Positions 1 through 8,706 of a stretch of 64,000 nucleotides of DNA are shown here, in pieces; within the stretch, counting starts at the first letter, position 1; every line of letters begins with the position of its first letter. The notes beneath the pieces are model-generated. The model worked only from the letters and a program-made list of their open reading frames with translations, made no database searches and was not told where the DNA came from. The translations under genes and the position numbers were made by a program. The stretch is from Methanomassiliicoccus sp. (GTDB lineage Archaea; Thermoplasmatota; Thermoplasmata; Methanomassiliicoccales; UBA472), in NCBI GenBank assembly GCA_004525545.1, contig SPCU01000001.1:3468-67467 (forward strand), read 5' to 3'.

Positions 1-309
1 TTCTCCAACGGATGGATGACCTTCGCCCTCTCATTGCTGGTACTGGGGACCGGTACCGCCTTCATATGGGCCTCGTTGCTGACGATGACCGTGGAGATAG
101 TCCCTGACCTCAAAGGCACGGTTTCATCTGTCTTCAACAGCTCCCGTTTCTTTGGATATTCCCTGGCACCTATGATATTTGCGCCGATATACGCCTTCAA
201 CGGGTTCGACACGCTTCTGCTGGTCGGCTTCCTGCTTACATTGGTGGCAATACCACTGTTGTTGCTACTGTCCCTTCAATTAAGGGGGTCCCAGGAAGAA
301 AGCACCTGA
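1..309 (+). CDS. MFS transporter, C-terminal part (truncated by window start)
   Basis: Hydrophobic helices with a typical MFS C-terminal motif (KGTVSSVFNSSRFFG); frame runs from the window edge. Confidence 0.75.
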   Translation, partial: FSNGWMTFALSLLVLGTGTAFIWASLLTMTVEIVPDLKGTVSSVFNSSRFFGYSLAPMIFAPIYAFNGFDTLLLVGFLLTLVAIPLLLLLSLQLRGSQEEST

Positions 310-866
310 GATAGCTGGGACCGGGTGTTCTCCGAACTGCTGGAATTGTCTAGGACGATCCATCCGTCCACTGAGAGCTCCAACACTTTTGCTCGAACCT
401 TGTTCAATGATATCAGGTTCTCGAACATCTCCCGGTCGTGTGCCCTATCTTCTATCCTTTTCAGAGCGCATTCCGGAGTGGTATCGACAAGAAGCAGTCG
501 GTTGGGAATGGGAAGTATCTTGCAAAAGAAACTGTAACCGTATTGATGCAATCCCGAAGGCAGATATGCCGTGGCCATCAGGTAACGTACGAAAATGACC
601 TTGTCATAGCCATGCCATCGGCGAAGAAGTCTTAACGAGTTCAATACGTCAAGGATGAAAAAGATGGTAGCCACCAGGCGCATGAGCTTGCCCTCGGCCG
701 TCAAGGAACGCCGGCTAAGTCTGCCGAACCAGGAATCAGAAGGGTGAGAGCGTATCAGGACCTTTTCCCCCCTCTCTCGATAATGCTCAGCGATCCACCC
801 TGCCACGGTGCTCTTGCCCGAGCCATCGATCCCGTCCACAACTATCATTTCCATTCGATCAAGCAC
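276..866 (-). CDS. tmk: Thymidylate (dTMP) kinase
   Basis: P-loop DGIDGSGKST, VRY motif, ALKRIEDR lid and EMFE. Confidence 0.85.
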   Translation of the reverse strand: MLDRMEMIVVDGIDGSGKSTVAGWIAEHYRERGEKVLIRSHPSDSWFGRLSRRSLTAEGKLMRLVATIFFILDVLNSLRLLRRWHGYDKVIFVRYLMATAYLPSGLHQYGYSFFCKILPIPNRLLLVDTTPECALKRIEDRAHDREMFENLISLNKVRAKVLELSVDGWIVLDNSSSSENTRSQLSQVLSSWDPLN

Positions 867-867
867 C

Positions 868-1596
868 TCAGATGCCCGTCAGGGCCATTATCAGGGCGGT
901 AGTTAGGGGGATCACCAAATTGTCATATTCGCCTGGTGTATAAAGTTCTACGATCGCGACGTAAGCGCCCAGACCCAAGGCCAAAATGGCTGTCAGGGGG
1001 AGTGCGATCGTCCTATCGCCGTAAAGGCCGGCGTCGAAAAGGAGATTGTAAACGTTAAGGATGATGAATATGCCAAGAGTAGCGAAGAAAAAGACCGCGA
1101 CCGTCCCTTCCAGGGTCTTGTTCCCTCTGATCTTCCTCCTCCCGTACATCTTCCCGATCAAGCCCCCCATACCATCCCCGTATGCCATGCTCACGATCCC
1201 CACCGAGGCGATGACCAGGTCACCAAAGGCGAAATATGCCAAGATGGTCCAGGAAATTGCATAATAAACTAGACCCAATTTATGACCGTCGTGGGATGCA
1301 CTGTAAAGGACCGACCCCTTCAACCCCCTTTTCAATCCTCCTTTCGCCTCTCCATCCTGATCCCCATATCTTGAGAATAATAGTAGTAAGGGGATGAACG
1401 GTGCGGCCGCTAAAAGGGCCATGATATAATTAGTATCGAACACCCACCAAAAGATGGCGATGTTCCCTATCATGATATGAATGAACTTACGATGGAATGA
1501 CCTCTTCTTTAGAAATCCCCATTTGGTAGTTATGACCACCATTGTGCCTACATAAGCGTAGACAAGGAACAGACCGAGGGCGTCACCGCCAAGCAA
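868..1596 (-). CDS. Dolichol/phytol (polyprenol) kinase family membrane protein
   Basis: RKFIH, GDGMGGLIGKMYGR..KTLEG and DNL motifs; multiple TM helices. Confidence 0.8.
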   Translation of the reverse strand: MLGGDALGLFLVYAYVGTMVVITTKWGFLKKRSFHRKFIHIMIGNIAIFWWVFDTNYIMALLAAAPFIPLLLLFSRYGDQDGEAKGGLKRGLKGSVLYSASHDGHKLGLVYYAISWTILAYFAFGDLVIASVGIVSMAYGDGMGGLIGKMYGRRKIRGNKTLEGTVAVFFFATLGIFIILNVYNLLFDAGLYGDRTIALPLTAILALGLGAYVAIVELYTPGEYDNLVIPLTTALIMALTGI

Positions 1597-1744
1597 AGCA
1601 ATCTGCCCCTTATGACCTTAGATGATATAAAAAGCTCAATGGGGCCCAGACTTCTTAAACGGTCGTTTTGATGTCAACATGAATATCTTTTTAGATATCC
1701 AGTCAAAAGAGATTAAATACAGTACTGGCGGATTCAGAGTCGGG

Positions 1745-2407
1745 ATGAACGAGAAGGATCTTTTATTGTTCGACCGGCTCAAGGATGTGCTTGGCGATCC
1801 GCCACGCATAGGGCCGGTTGTGATGGACGTCAAGACCACGCAATTCGTGCGAGTAGAGCTGGTCCTACTTCGCCTTTTATCGGAGGAAGGCCGAAATGGA
1901 CTTTTCATCTCAGTGGATCGACCTCATCAGTACATGGTACATCTGCTCAATATGCACCAGATAGACCACAGAAATCTAACGTTCGTTGACGCGGTGGCCA
2001 GATTTTCATCGGATTGTAAACAAGCCGATGCCAGAGTGGGCTTCCTTCAAGGACCGCGCAATATCGATACCTTACCGGAAGCTCTCAGGGAATGGTCGTC
2101 ACGTTCCAACGGTTCCGGGTTCGACATAAGCAAATGTAGTTTCGCCATCGTCGACAATCTGAACACATTACTGAACTTCAACAGTCACCAAGTTGTCCAG
2201 ACATTCCTTGAAGATTTTATCAAGACCTTCGACGGCAAGGTCACGCTTCCTATGGTTATCGACAAGGAACGCAACCATAACCTATTCCAGATGGCCTCGT
2301 CCAATGGGAGACCGCATTTGGACCTGAGCACAGAAAGCGTTCCTCGAATTATTAACCGGCCTCGATTACAGATCATAGAACAAAATGATTATGGGGGGAT
2401 TCGTTAA
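1745..2407 (+). CDS. Probable inactivated RecA/KaiC-fold protein (DUF835-like)
   Basis: LFISVDRP, LTFVDAV and AIVDNLNTLL strands of a RecA-like fold, but no Walker A; TAATG-coupled to the KaiC gene; start placed at ATG 1745. Confidence 0.55.
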   Translation: MNEKDLLLFDRLKDVLGDPPRIGPVVMDVKTTQFVRVELVLLRLLSEEGRNGLFISVDRPHQYMVHLLNMHQIDHRNLTFVDAVARFSSDCKQADARVGFLQGPRNIDTLPEALREWSSRSNGSGFDISKCSFAIVDNLNTLLNFNSHQVVQTFLEDFIKTFDGKVTLPMVIDKERNHNLFQMASSNGRPHLDLSTESVPRIINRPRLQIIEQNDYGGIR

Positions 2408-3108
2408 TGGAATTGACAAATACAGAGCGCTCACCTCTGGTACGAATACCGACGGGAATACCAGGGCTCGATGACATGATCGAGAGCGGTTTCCCCTTCC
2501 CATCGGTTATTCTCGTCTCAGGCACGGCCGGTACCGGAAAGACCACTTTTGCCCTAAAATTCCTGGCCGAAGGGGCGGCGAGGGGTGAGCAGGGGCTTTA
2601 CTTTACGACCTTAAGCGAACCGACACAGTGGATGTTGCGTTTTTCATCCCAGTTCGAGTTCATGCGTCCTGAGTTCTTCGAAAATGAGATCGTCTACGAA
2701 GATCTGGGAAATCACCTCCGTGACGGAGATTCCGCCGCGTTGTTGGACGCCATCGAAAAGCGCATCGCCGAGGTGATGCCTCAGCGTATCGTCATCGATC
2801 CCATAACCGTGGTGGGGGAGATGTTCAAGGACGGATACAGGCAGTTCCTCTTCGATCTTACAAATAGGTTGAAGAACTGGAACGCGACCACATTGGTCAC
2901 CGGAGAGGTACGACCAGGTGAGCTATATCCACCAGAGATATCCTATGCTGTGGACGGTATTGTGCTGTTACATATGGCCGAGGAACTTGGTTCCCGGCGC
3001 AAATACCTCGAGGTACTGAAGATGAGGGGCACCAATCACGTCACCGGAAAGCATTCCATCGACATCTCTCGTAAGGAAGGCCTCATCGTGCTCAAGGCTC
3101 GATTCTAG
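2407..3108 (+). CDS. Single-domain KaiC/RAD55-family ATPase
   Basis: TGIPGLDDM, Walker A GTAGTGKT, Walker B IVIDP, KMRG arginine finger. Confidence 0.9.
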   Translation: MELTNTERSPLVRIPTGIPGLDDMIESGFPFPSVILVSGTAGTGKTTFALKFLAEGAARGEQGLYFTTLSEPTQWMLRFSSQFEFMRPEFFENEIVYEDLGNHLRDGDSAALLDAIEKRIAEVMPQRIVIDPITVVGEMFKDGYRQFLFDLTNRLKNWNATTLVTGEVRPGELYPPEISYAVDGIVLLHMAEELGSRRKYLEVLKMRGTNHVTGKHSIDISRKEGLIVLKARF

Positions 3109-3265
3109 GAAAAAAACAGGAAAGTTCAGCCTCGATGCGTCCTGTTCTGTCCATCAGCCTTTAAAGAGTTAATCGAGGCCAGATTACATTTTTTTGGTTG
3201 TAATTCTTCCTAAATGATTAATATAGGTACCCATATCTAGGCTGGAATTTATAAGAGGTTTAGTA

Positions 3266-5395
3266 ATGCTAGACGATCCTCTGTACTACATAATACCGAT
3301 CGCGGGCATAATAGGGCTCCTCTTCGCTGGATACCTCACTTGGTGGATCCTCAGGAAAGATACTGGAACTCCTGAGATGAAAGCCATAAGTGACGCTATT
3401 CGCGAAGGTGCGATGGCCTATCTTGCTCGTCAGTACAAGACGATCGCCATCATCAGTGTCATATTGGGCGTCCTGATCACAATCGGGATCAACCTTTGGA
3501 CCGGTGTGGCGTTCCTGCTGGGTGCTTTCTTCTCTGCCCTGTCTGGATACATCGGAATGTACGTGTCCGTGAATTCGAACATTAGGACTGCGAGCGCCGC
3601 AAGGCGCTCTATGAACGAGGCGCTTCTGACCTCCTTCCGCGGTGGTGCCGTTTCCGGTATCGCCGTGGTGGCCTTGAGCCTTTTAGGTGTTGCCGGAATA
3701 TTCTTCGTTTACCAGGCTTGGATGGCCGTTGGAGCCCCTGACTCTGCTGCGTTATACCTCGATGCGTTGTTCTTGGTCGTGGGCTATGCCTTCGGCGCCA
3801 GCTTCGCCGCGTTGTTCGCTCAGCTGGGTGGGGGTATCTATACCAAGGCCGCTGATGTCGGTGCTGATCTGGTGGGTAAGGTCGAGGCGGGTATTCCCGA
3901 GGATGACCCTCGTAACCCTGCCGTCATAGCCGACCTCGTTGGTGACAACGTCGGAGATTGCGCCGGTCGTGGCGCTGACCTGTTCGAAAGCACCGCTGCC
4001 GAGAACATCGGTGCCATGATTTTGGGTATCGCCATCTTCGCTATCACCGGGAACCCCGGCTGGTTCATGTTCCCTCTGGTCGTTCGCGCCTTTGGGTTGA
4101 TCGCCGGCCTGGTTGGTATCATGGTCGTCAAGCTGAGAAACGAGGACGAGAACCCCATGAAGGCCATCAATCGCGGTTACTATGTAACGAGCATCATCGC
4201 CGCCATACTGTTCTACTTCTCGGTGGAATGGTTGTTGGATGGTCAAATGGCCTTCTTCTACTGCGGTATGATCGGCATCGTTCTCAGCATCGCGATCGTC
4301 TACATCACCCAGTACTACACTGCTGGTGAGTACCGCCCGGTCAGAGAGATCGCCAAGGCATCTGAGACCGGCGCTGCCACCAACATCATCACGGGGATAT
4401 CCATAGGGATGGAGACCACCGCATTGTCGGTTTTGGCCATCGCCATGGCATTGATCGCCTCGTTCGAACTGGGTCGAAGCGTCACCGACGTTGAGCAATA
4501 CAAGTTCGTCTATGGGCTGTACGGAACCGCCGCGGCCACCATGGGTATGCTGACGACCTGCGCCTTCGTACTCGCCGAAGACACCTTTGGACCGATCACC
4601 GATAACGCTGGTGGCATCGTTGAGATGTCCCATCAGGCGGAAGAGGTCCGTGAGAGGACAGACCGCCTGGACGCCATCGGCAACACCACCAAGGCCCTGA
4701 CCAAGGGATACGCGATGGGCGCCGCTGCGCTGGCCGCCTACCTATTGTTCGGAGCGTTCTTCGAGCAAGTGGCTAGGATCCGGGGCATCGACATCCTGAC
4801 CTTCTACGAGGACTTCCACGTGGACCTGATGCAGCCGGTCGTGTTCATATCGGCCCTCATAGGCGCCATGTTGGTGTACTTGTTCACCTCCCTGGCCATA
4901 CGCGCCGTGGGCAAGGCCGCCGGAGATATGATCTCCGAGGTACGCCGACAGTTCAAGGAGAGGCCGGGCATATTGGCCGGGACCGAGAAGCCTGACTACG
5001 CCACCTGCGTCGATATAAGCACCAAGGGGGCACTGAAGGCCATGATGCTGCCCGGCATACTGCCGGTCGTCGTCCCTGTGGCCTTGGGTTTGATCCTGAG
5101 GTACAGCTACTCCGACAACGACATGGCCGTCATGGGCGTCGGTGCCTTCTTGATGGTAGCGACCATCGCCGGTGTGCTCATGGCCCTCTTCCTTAACAAC
5201 GGAGGAGGCGCCTGGGACAACGCTAAGAAGTTCATCGAATCGAAAGGCCTGAAGGGCACAGCAGTGCACTCAGCTGGTGTGGTCGGAGATACCGTCGGGG
5301 ATCCGTTCAAGGATACCGCCGGACCTTCCCTGCACGTGCTGGTGAAGCTCCTGTCCACCATCACTCTGGTCTTCGCCGTGATGTTCGTGGTATGA
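3266..5395 (+). CDS. hppA: Membrane ion-translocating pyrophosphatase, K+-independent type
   Basis: GGGIYTKAADVGADLVGKVE, DNVGD, GDTVGDPFKD; GNTTKA has Lys at the K+-determining position. Confidence 0.95.
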   Translation: MLDDPLYYIIPIAGIIGLLFAGYLTWWILRKDTGTPEMKAISDAIREGAMAYLARQYKTIAIISVILGVLITIGINLWTGVAFLLGAFFSALSGYIGMYVSVNSNIRTASAARRSMNEALLTSFRGGAVSGIAVVALSLLGVAGIFFVYQAWMAVGAPDSAALYLDALFLVVGYAFGASFAALFAQLGGGIYTKAADVGADLVGKVEAGIPEDDPRNPAVIADLVGDNVGDCAGRGADLFESTAAENIGAMILGIAIFAITGNPGWFMFPLVVRAFGLIAGLVGIMVVKLRNEDENPMKAINRGYYVTSIIAAILFYFSVEWLLDGQMAFFYCGMIGIVLSIAIVYITQYYTAGEYRPVREIAKASETGAATNIITGISIGMETTALSVLAIAMALIASFELGRSVTDVEQYKFVYGLYGTAAATMGMLTTCAFVLAEDTFGPITDNAGGIVEMSHQAEEVRERTDRLDAIGNTTKALTKGYAMGAAALAAYLLFGAFFEQVARIRGIDILTFYEDFHVDLMQPVVFISALIGAMLVYLFTSLAIRAVGKAAGDMISEVRRQFKERPGILAGTEKPDYATCVDISTKGALKAMMLPGILPVVVPVALGLILRYSYSDNDMAVMGVGAFLMVATIAGVLMALFLNNGGGAWDNAKKFIESKGLKGTAVHSAGVVGDTVGDPFKDTAGPSLHVLVKLLSTITLVFAVMFVV

Positions 5396-5398
5396 AGC

Positions 5399-5425
5399 AA
5401 ACCCCTTTCCTTCCCTTTTTTTTAT
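5399..5425 (+). terminator. Pyrimidine/poly-T terminator after hppA
   Basis: AAACCCCTTTCCTTCCCTTTTTTTT immediately after the stop codon. Confidence 0.6.
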
Positions 5426-5508
5426 CCAGCATCCCCAATGCTTATATGCTCGTTGCTCAATCTTTATATAACCGATTTATCATGCCAAGGTAGTTAAGAG
5501 GAGTATTC

Positions 5509-6072
5509 ATGTATTTGTTGACCCAAAGGGAGAGAGTCGTTCGCATTCCCCCTGACCGGCTGGGCGATAACGTCAACCAGGTGGTCAACGAGTTGGCCCG
5601 AGAGGCTTACGAAGGCCGCATCGAGGGAAACAACTCGCTCACCGTTCTCATCAAGAACATCGAGACCGTAGGTGACGGTCGCATAGTGCATGGCGATGGG
5701 GCGGTCTACCAGACCGTCAAATTCGATTCGCTCATATTCAGGCCCATGATCCAGGAGGTAGTGGAGGGCAATATCTGTGAGATCCTCAAGTTCGGTGCCT
5801 TCGTGCGCTTCGGACCTCTTGACGGACTCCTTCATATCAGCCAGGTCATGGACGATCGCATCGATGTCGATGACAGTAACCAACGATTGATAGGCAAGGA
5901 CACCAAGCGTGATCTGAAGGTCGGCGATACCGTCCGCTCCAGGATAGTAGCTTTGTCCTTCAATGAGATGAACCCACGCGAGAGCAAGATCGGCCTGACC
6001 ATGAGGCAGCCCGGATTGGGCAAGCTGGAATGGTTGACCGAGGAAAGGGCCAAGAAGGAGGTCGAGAAATGA
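5509..6072 (+). CDS. rpo7: DNA-directed RNA polymerase subunit Rpo7 (E')
   Basis: VRIPP, GDGAVY, S1 domain GAFVRFGPLDGLLHISQV, IGLTMRQPGLGK. Confidence 0.95.
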   Translation: MYLLTQRERVVRIPPDRLGDNVNQVVNELAREAYEGRIEGNNSLTVLIKNIETVGDGRIVHGDGAVYQTVKFDSLIFRPMIQEVVEGNICEILKFGAFVRFGPLDGLLHISQVMDDRIDVDDSNQRLIGKDTKRDLKVGDTVRSRIVALSFNEMNPRESKIGLTMRQPGLGKLEWLTEERAKKEVEK

Positions 6073-6254
6073 AGGTGGTCAAGGCCTGCAAGACCTGTTC
6101 TTTAATATCCGAAGAGGATAAGTGCCCTCGCTGCGCCGGCGACATGTCCAAGGAATGGCAAGGGTATGTGATCATCATCGACCACAACAAATCCGAAATA
6201 GCTAAGAGGATGGGCATAAATGAGAATGGCAAGTACGCCCTCAAAGTCCGCTGA
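6069..6254 (+). CDS. spt4: Transcription elongation factor Spt4 (RpoE'')
   Basis: KACKTC..CPRC..WQG..SEIAK..YALKV; ATGA overlap with rpo7. Confidence 0.92.
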   Translation: MKVVKACKTCSLISEEDKCPRCAGDMSKEWQGYVIIIDHNKSEIAKRMGINENGKYALKVR

Positions 6255-6777
6255 ACTGGTGGTTCCTCCAAAAGGTTGGAGGCTGCCGGAGAGCTTGAGG
6301 AGCGAACTTGGCATGCCCTTCGGGAAGCTGCTTCAGGAAAAAGATCTCCTGGATAACCTTCTCGGATGTGAGAAAATAATCACTGTGGGGGACATCGTAT
6401 CCACCACCCTTATAAACAAGGGCGTCATCCCCCACATCACGGTATATGATAGATGCAGCGAAAGGATGGAGCTGGATGCTGATGAGCACCCGGTAGACCG
6501 CCTGTCGGTGCCGGAGATACTGGTGGAGAACCCCCCGGGACTGATCACTCCTGAGCTGGTAAAGGCCATAAAAGATGGCCTTGACCGCGAGGATAAGGTC
6601 AAGGTCCGGGTTCAAGGAGAGGAGGACCTGGCTGCGCTGGTCTGCGCCGCGTTGGCTCCAGTAGGTACCTGTCTCCTTTATGGTCTCCCTGGAAAGGGAG
6701 TGGTGTTGGTGCACACTGACGCCAAAGTAAACCAAGCGGCGCGCGAACTGATACGCTCAATGGAGGTATTAAAGTGA
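6220..6777 (+). CDS. GTP-dependent dephospho-CoA kinase (DUF359)
   Basis: ITVGDIV, ENPPG, GEEDL, YGLPGKG; conserved position between spt4 and rps24e; start may be 6226. Confidence 0.88.
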   Translation: MRMASTPSKSAELVVPPKGWRLPESLRSELGMPFGKLLQEKDLLDNLLGCEKIITVGDIVSTTLINKGVIPHITVYDRCSERMELDADEHPVDRLSVPEILVENPPGLITPELVKAIKDGLDREDKVKVRVQGEEDLAALVCAALAPVGTCLLYGLPGKGVVLVHTDAKVNQAARELIRSMEVLK

Positions 6778-7082
6778 AGATCGAGATCGAGAGCAAGAGG
6801 CCCAACGTCCTGATGGACAGGACCGAAGTGTCCTTCAAGGCCGACCACCGAGGAGAAGGTTCCCCAAAGAGGGCCGATGTGAAGGTCAAGTTGGCGGAGG
6901 CCTTGGCGGTTAGCAAGGAAAAAGTCATCATCGACCACATGGAGGCCGAATTCGGAATGGGCGTTAGCATGGGCTACGCTAAGGTATACGGCAGTGTCGA
7001 GTCGGCCAAGAAGTTCGAGAAGAACTATCTTCAGGTCAGGAACGGACTGTCCGAGCCGAAGAAGGCTTCGAAGAAGAAGTAA
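6774..7082 (+). CDS. rps24e: 30S ribosomal protein S24e
   Basis: N.LMDR.EV, FG.G.S.GYAKVY. Confidence 0.93.
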   Translation: MKIEIESKRPNVLMDRTEVSFKADHRGEGSPKRADVKVKLAEALAVSKEKVIIDHMEAEFGMGVSMGYAKVYGSVESAKKFEKNYLQVRNGLSEPKKASKKK

Positions 7083-7093
7083 GGTGTTGACAC

Positions 7094-7285
7094 ATGGCAG
7101 CCAAGAAGAAGGAAGTCAAGAAGGCGACACCCTCGGCCAAGAAGGACTACTACCAGGCCAAGGGAGACAAGCTTGAACGGTTGAAGAAGTACTGCCCCAA
7201 GTGTGGGCCTGGCGTGTTCCTGGGGGAGCACAAGGACCGGACATCCTGTGGTAAGTGCGGATACACCGAGTTCAAGAAGAAGTGA
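7094..7285 (+). CDS. rps27ae: 30S ribosomal protein S27ae
   Basis: [26 protein letters not shown]. Confidence 0.95.
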   Translation: MAAKKKEVKKATPSAKKDYYQAKGDKLERLKKYCPKCGPGVFLGEHKDRTSCGKCGYTEFKKK

Positions 7286-7355
7286 GCTCGGACCCGATCT
7301 TCCTCCCTCGACGAGGGAACAGGTTAATAGGTCGTGGGACCTTCCCAATGACCGC

Positions 7356-7480
7356 GGGCCTGTAGTGTAGCTTGGATATCACTGAGGCCTCCGGAGCCCC
7401 ACCAAGGGGGCGTGGAAAGCCTCGAACCTGGGTTCGAATCCTACCATCTCCGGATGGGGGCGAAATTCCCAGCAGGCCCG
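7356..7480 (+). tRNA. tRNA-Arg(CCG) with two introns (7395-7417 at 37/38; 7439-7466 at 59/60)
   Basis: Acceptor GGGCCTG/CAGGCCC+G, anticodon stem GAGGC/GCCTC with CCG at 7391-7393, T stem CTGGG/CCCAG; removing both BHB-flanked inserts gives a 74-nt cloverleaf. Confidence 0.9.
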
Positions 7481-7539
7481 CCTTTCTCCTTACATTTTTT
7501 CCACTACTTACTTATCCATCGAGCTTGTTTTCCGCATTC

Positions 7540-8706
7540 ATGCAACTGACTCTGGAAGAGGAGACCATGCTCGCTGGCGAACACGGTCTCGGAAAGCGGA
7601 AAGCGATGGAGCTGCTAGTGGCGTTAGGGGCCATCTACGGCGCCGACCGCCTCATTCCCATCACTTCCGCTCACCTTTCCGGTGTATCATACAAGACCAT
7701 CGGTGAAGGAGGTATCGAATTCCTGGAGGAGATGGCCAAGGATTCCAAGGTCATGGTCCGGACCACCCTCAACCCCATGGGAATGGACGCGGAACGTTGG
7801 CGGGAGATGGGAGTGACCGAACACTTTGCCCAAAGGCAATTGCACATCATCGACCTCTACCGCCAGATGGGGGTGGAGGTCAATTGCACATGTACACCTT
7901 ATCTGCTCAGCAACCGGCCCAAGGTGGGCGATCACATCGCCTGGGCCGAATCCTCTGCCCTATCGTTCGCCAATTCGGTGCTCGGTGCCCGTACCAACCG
8001 GGAAGGAGGGCCGGGGGCATTAGCCGCGGCCATCATAGGTCGCACCCCGAATTACGGTCTCCATTTGGATGAGAATCGTAGACCTACTCATATCATACAA
8101 GTTGAAGAAGGGATCACCAAGGACGAGTGGTCCTTGGTGGGTCACGCCGTCGGGCGTAGACTGGGAGCATGTGTACCATTCTTCCGTGGCTTGGGGAACG
8201 ACGTCAACGGGCTCAAATCCCTGGCCGCGGCAATGGCCGCCTCTGGATCGGTAGCATTCTTCATGGTGGAAAAGGTCACCCCCGATCAGCCATCATCCCT
8301 TGAGGGATTGGAGACCGTTCACATCACCAGGAAGGACGTTGAAGATACCCTTCAGCGCCTGACAAGTGCCACAGAGCCAGATCTCATCGCTATCGGATGT
8401 CCTCACCTCTCGGAGACTGAAATGAAGCAATTGGCGACCTACCTTGAGGGAAAAACGAAGAAGAGCGATGTGGAGGTGTGGTTCTGCACATCCAAGGGCG
8501 TTTATCTTCGGTGCCCGAAGGAGAGAGCCGTGCTGGAACGGTTCGGTATGGTGCTCTGCGATACCTGCATGGTAGTAGCGCCCATCGAAGGGGTGCATAA
8601 GGTCACAGCAAGCAACTCGGCCAAGGCCTGTTCCTATCTTCCAGGTTTATGTTCCCAGAAGGTCCTATGCGGTTCGCAACGCGAACTGTTGGAGTTGATA
8701 ATATGA
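7540..8706 (+). CDS. Aconitase X catalytic subunit (phosphomevalonate dehydratase large subunit)
   Basis: SAHLSGVSY, CTCTPY, AWAESSA, LGARTNREG, GCPH, DTCMVV; start ATG 7540 after the tRNA. Confidence 0.88.
   Translation: MQLTLEEETMLAGEHGLGKRKAMELLVALGAIYGADRLIPITSAHLSGVSYKTIGEGGIEFLEEMAKDSKVMVRTTLNPMGMDAERWREMGVTEHFAQRQLHIIDLYRQMGVEVNCTCTPYLLSNRPKVGDHIAWAESSALSFANSVLGARTNREGGPGALAAAIIGRTPNYGLHLDENRRPTHIIQVEEGITKDEWSLVGHAVGRRLGACVPFFRGLGNDVNGLKSLAAAMAASGSVAFFMVEKVTPDQPSSLEGLETVHITRKDVEDTLQRLTSATEPDLIAIGCPHLSETEMKQLATYLEGKTKKSDVEVWFCTSKGVYLRCPKERAVLERFGMVLCDTCMVVAPIEGVHKVTASNSAKACSYLPGLCSQKVLCGSQRELLELII

Noticed and set aside
3752..5269. Long antisense ORFs within hppA (similar cases at 24630-25415, 26987-28162, 34326-35021, 49434-50471, 57659-58324)
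   Set aside because: Shadow ORFs caused by codon bias of well-supported genes on the other strand
7372..7539. N-terminal extension of the 444-aa AcnX ORF
   Set aside because: It runs through the tRNA gene; family-like sequence starts at ATG 7540
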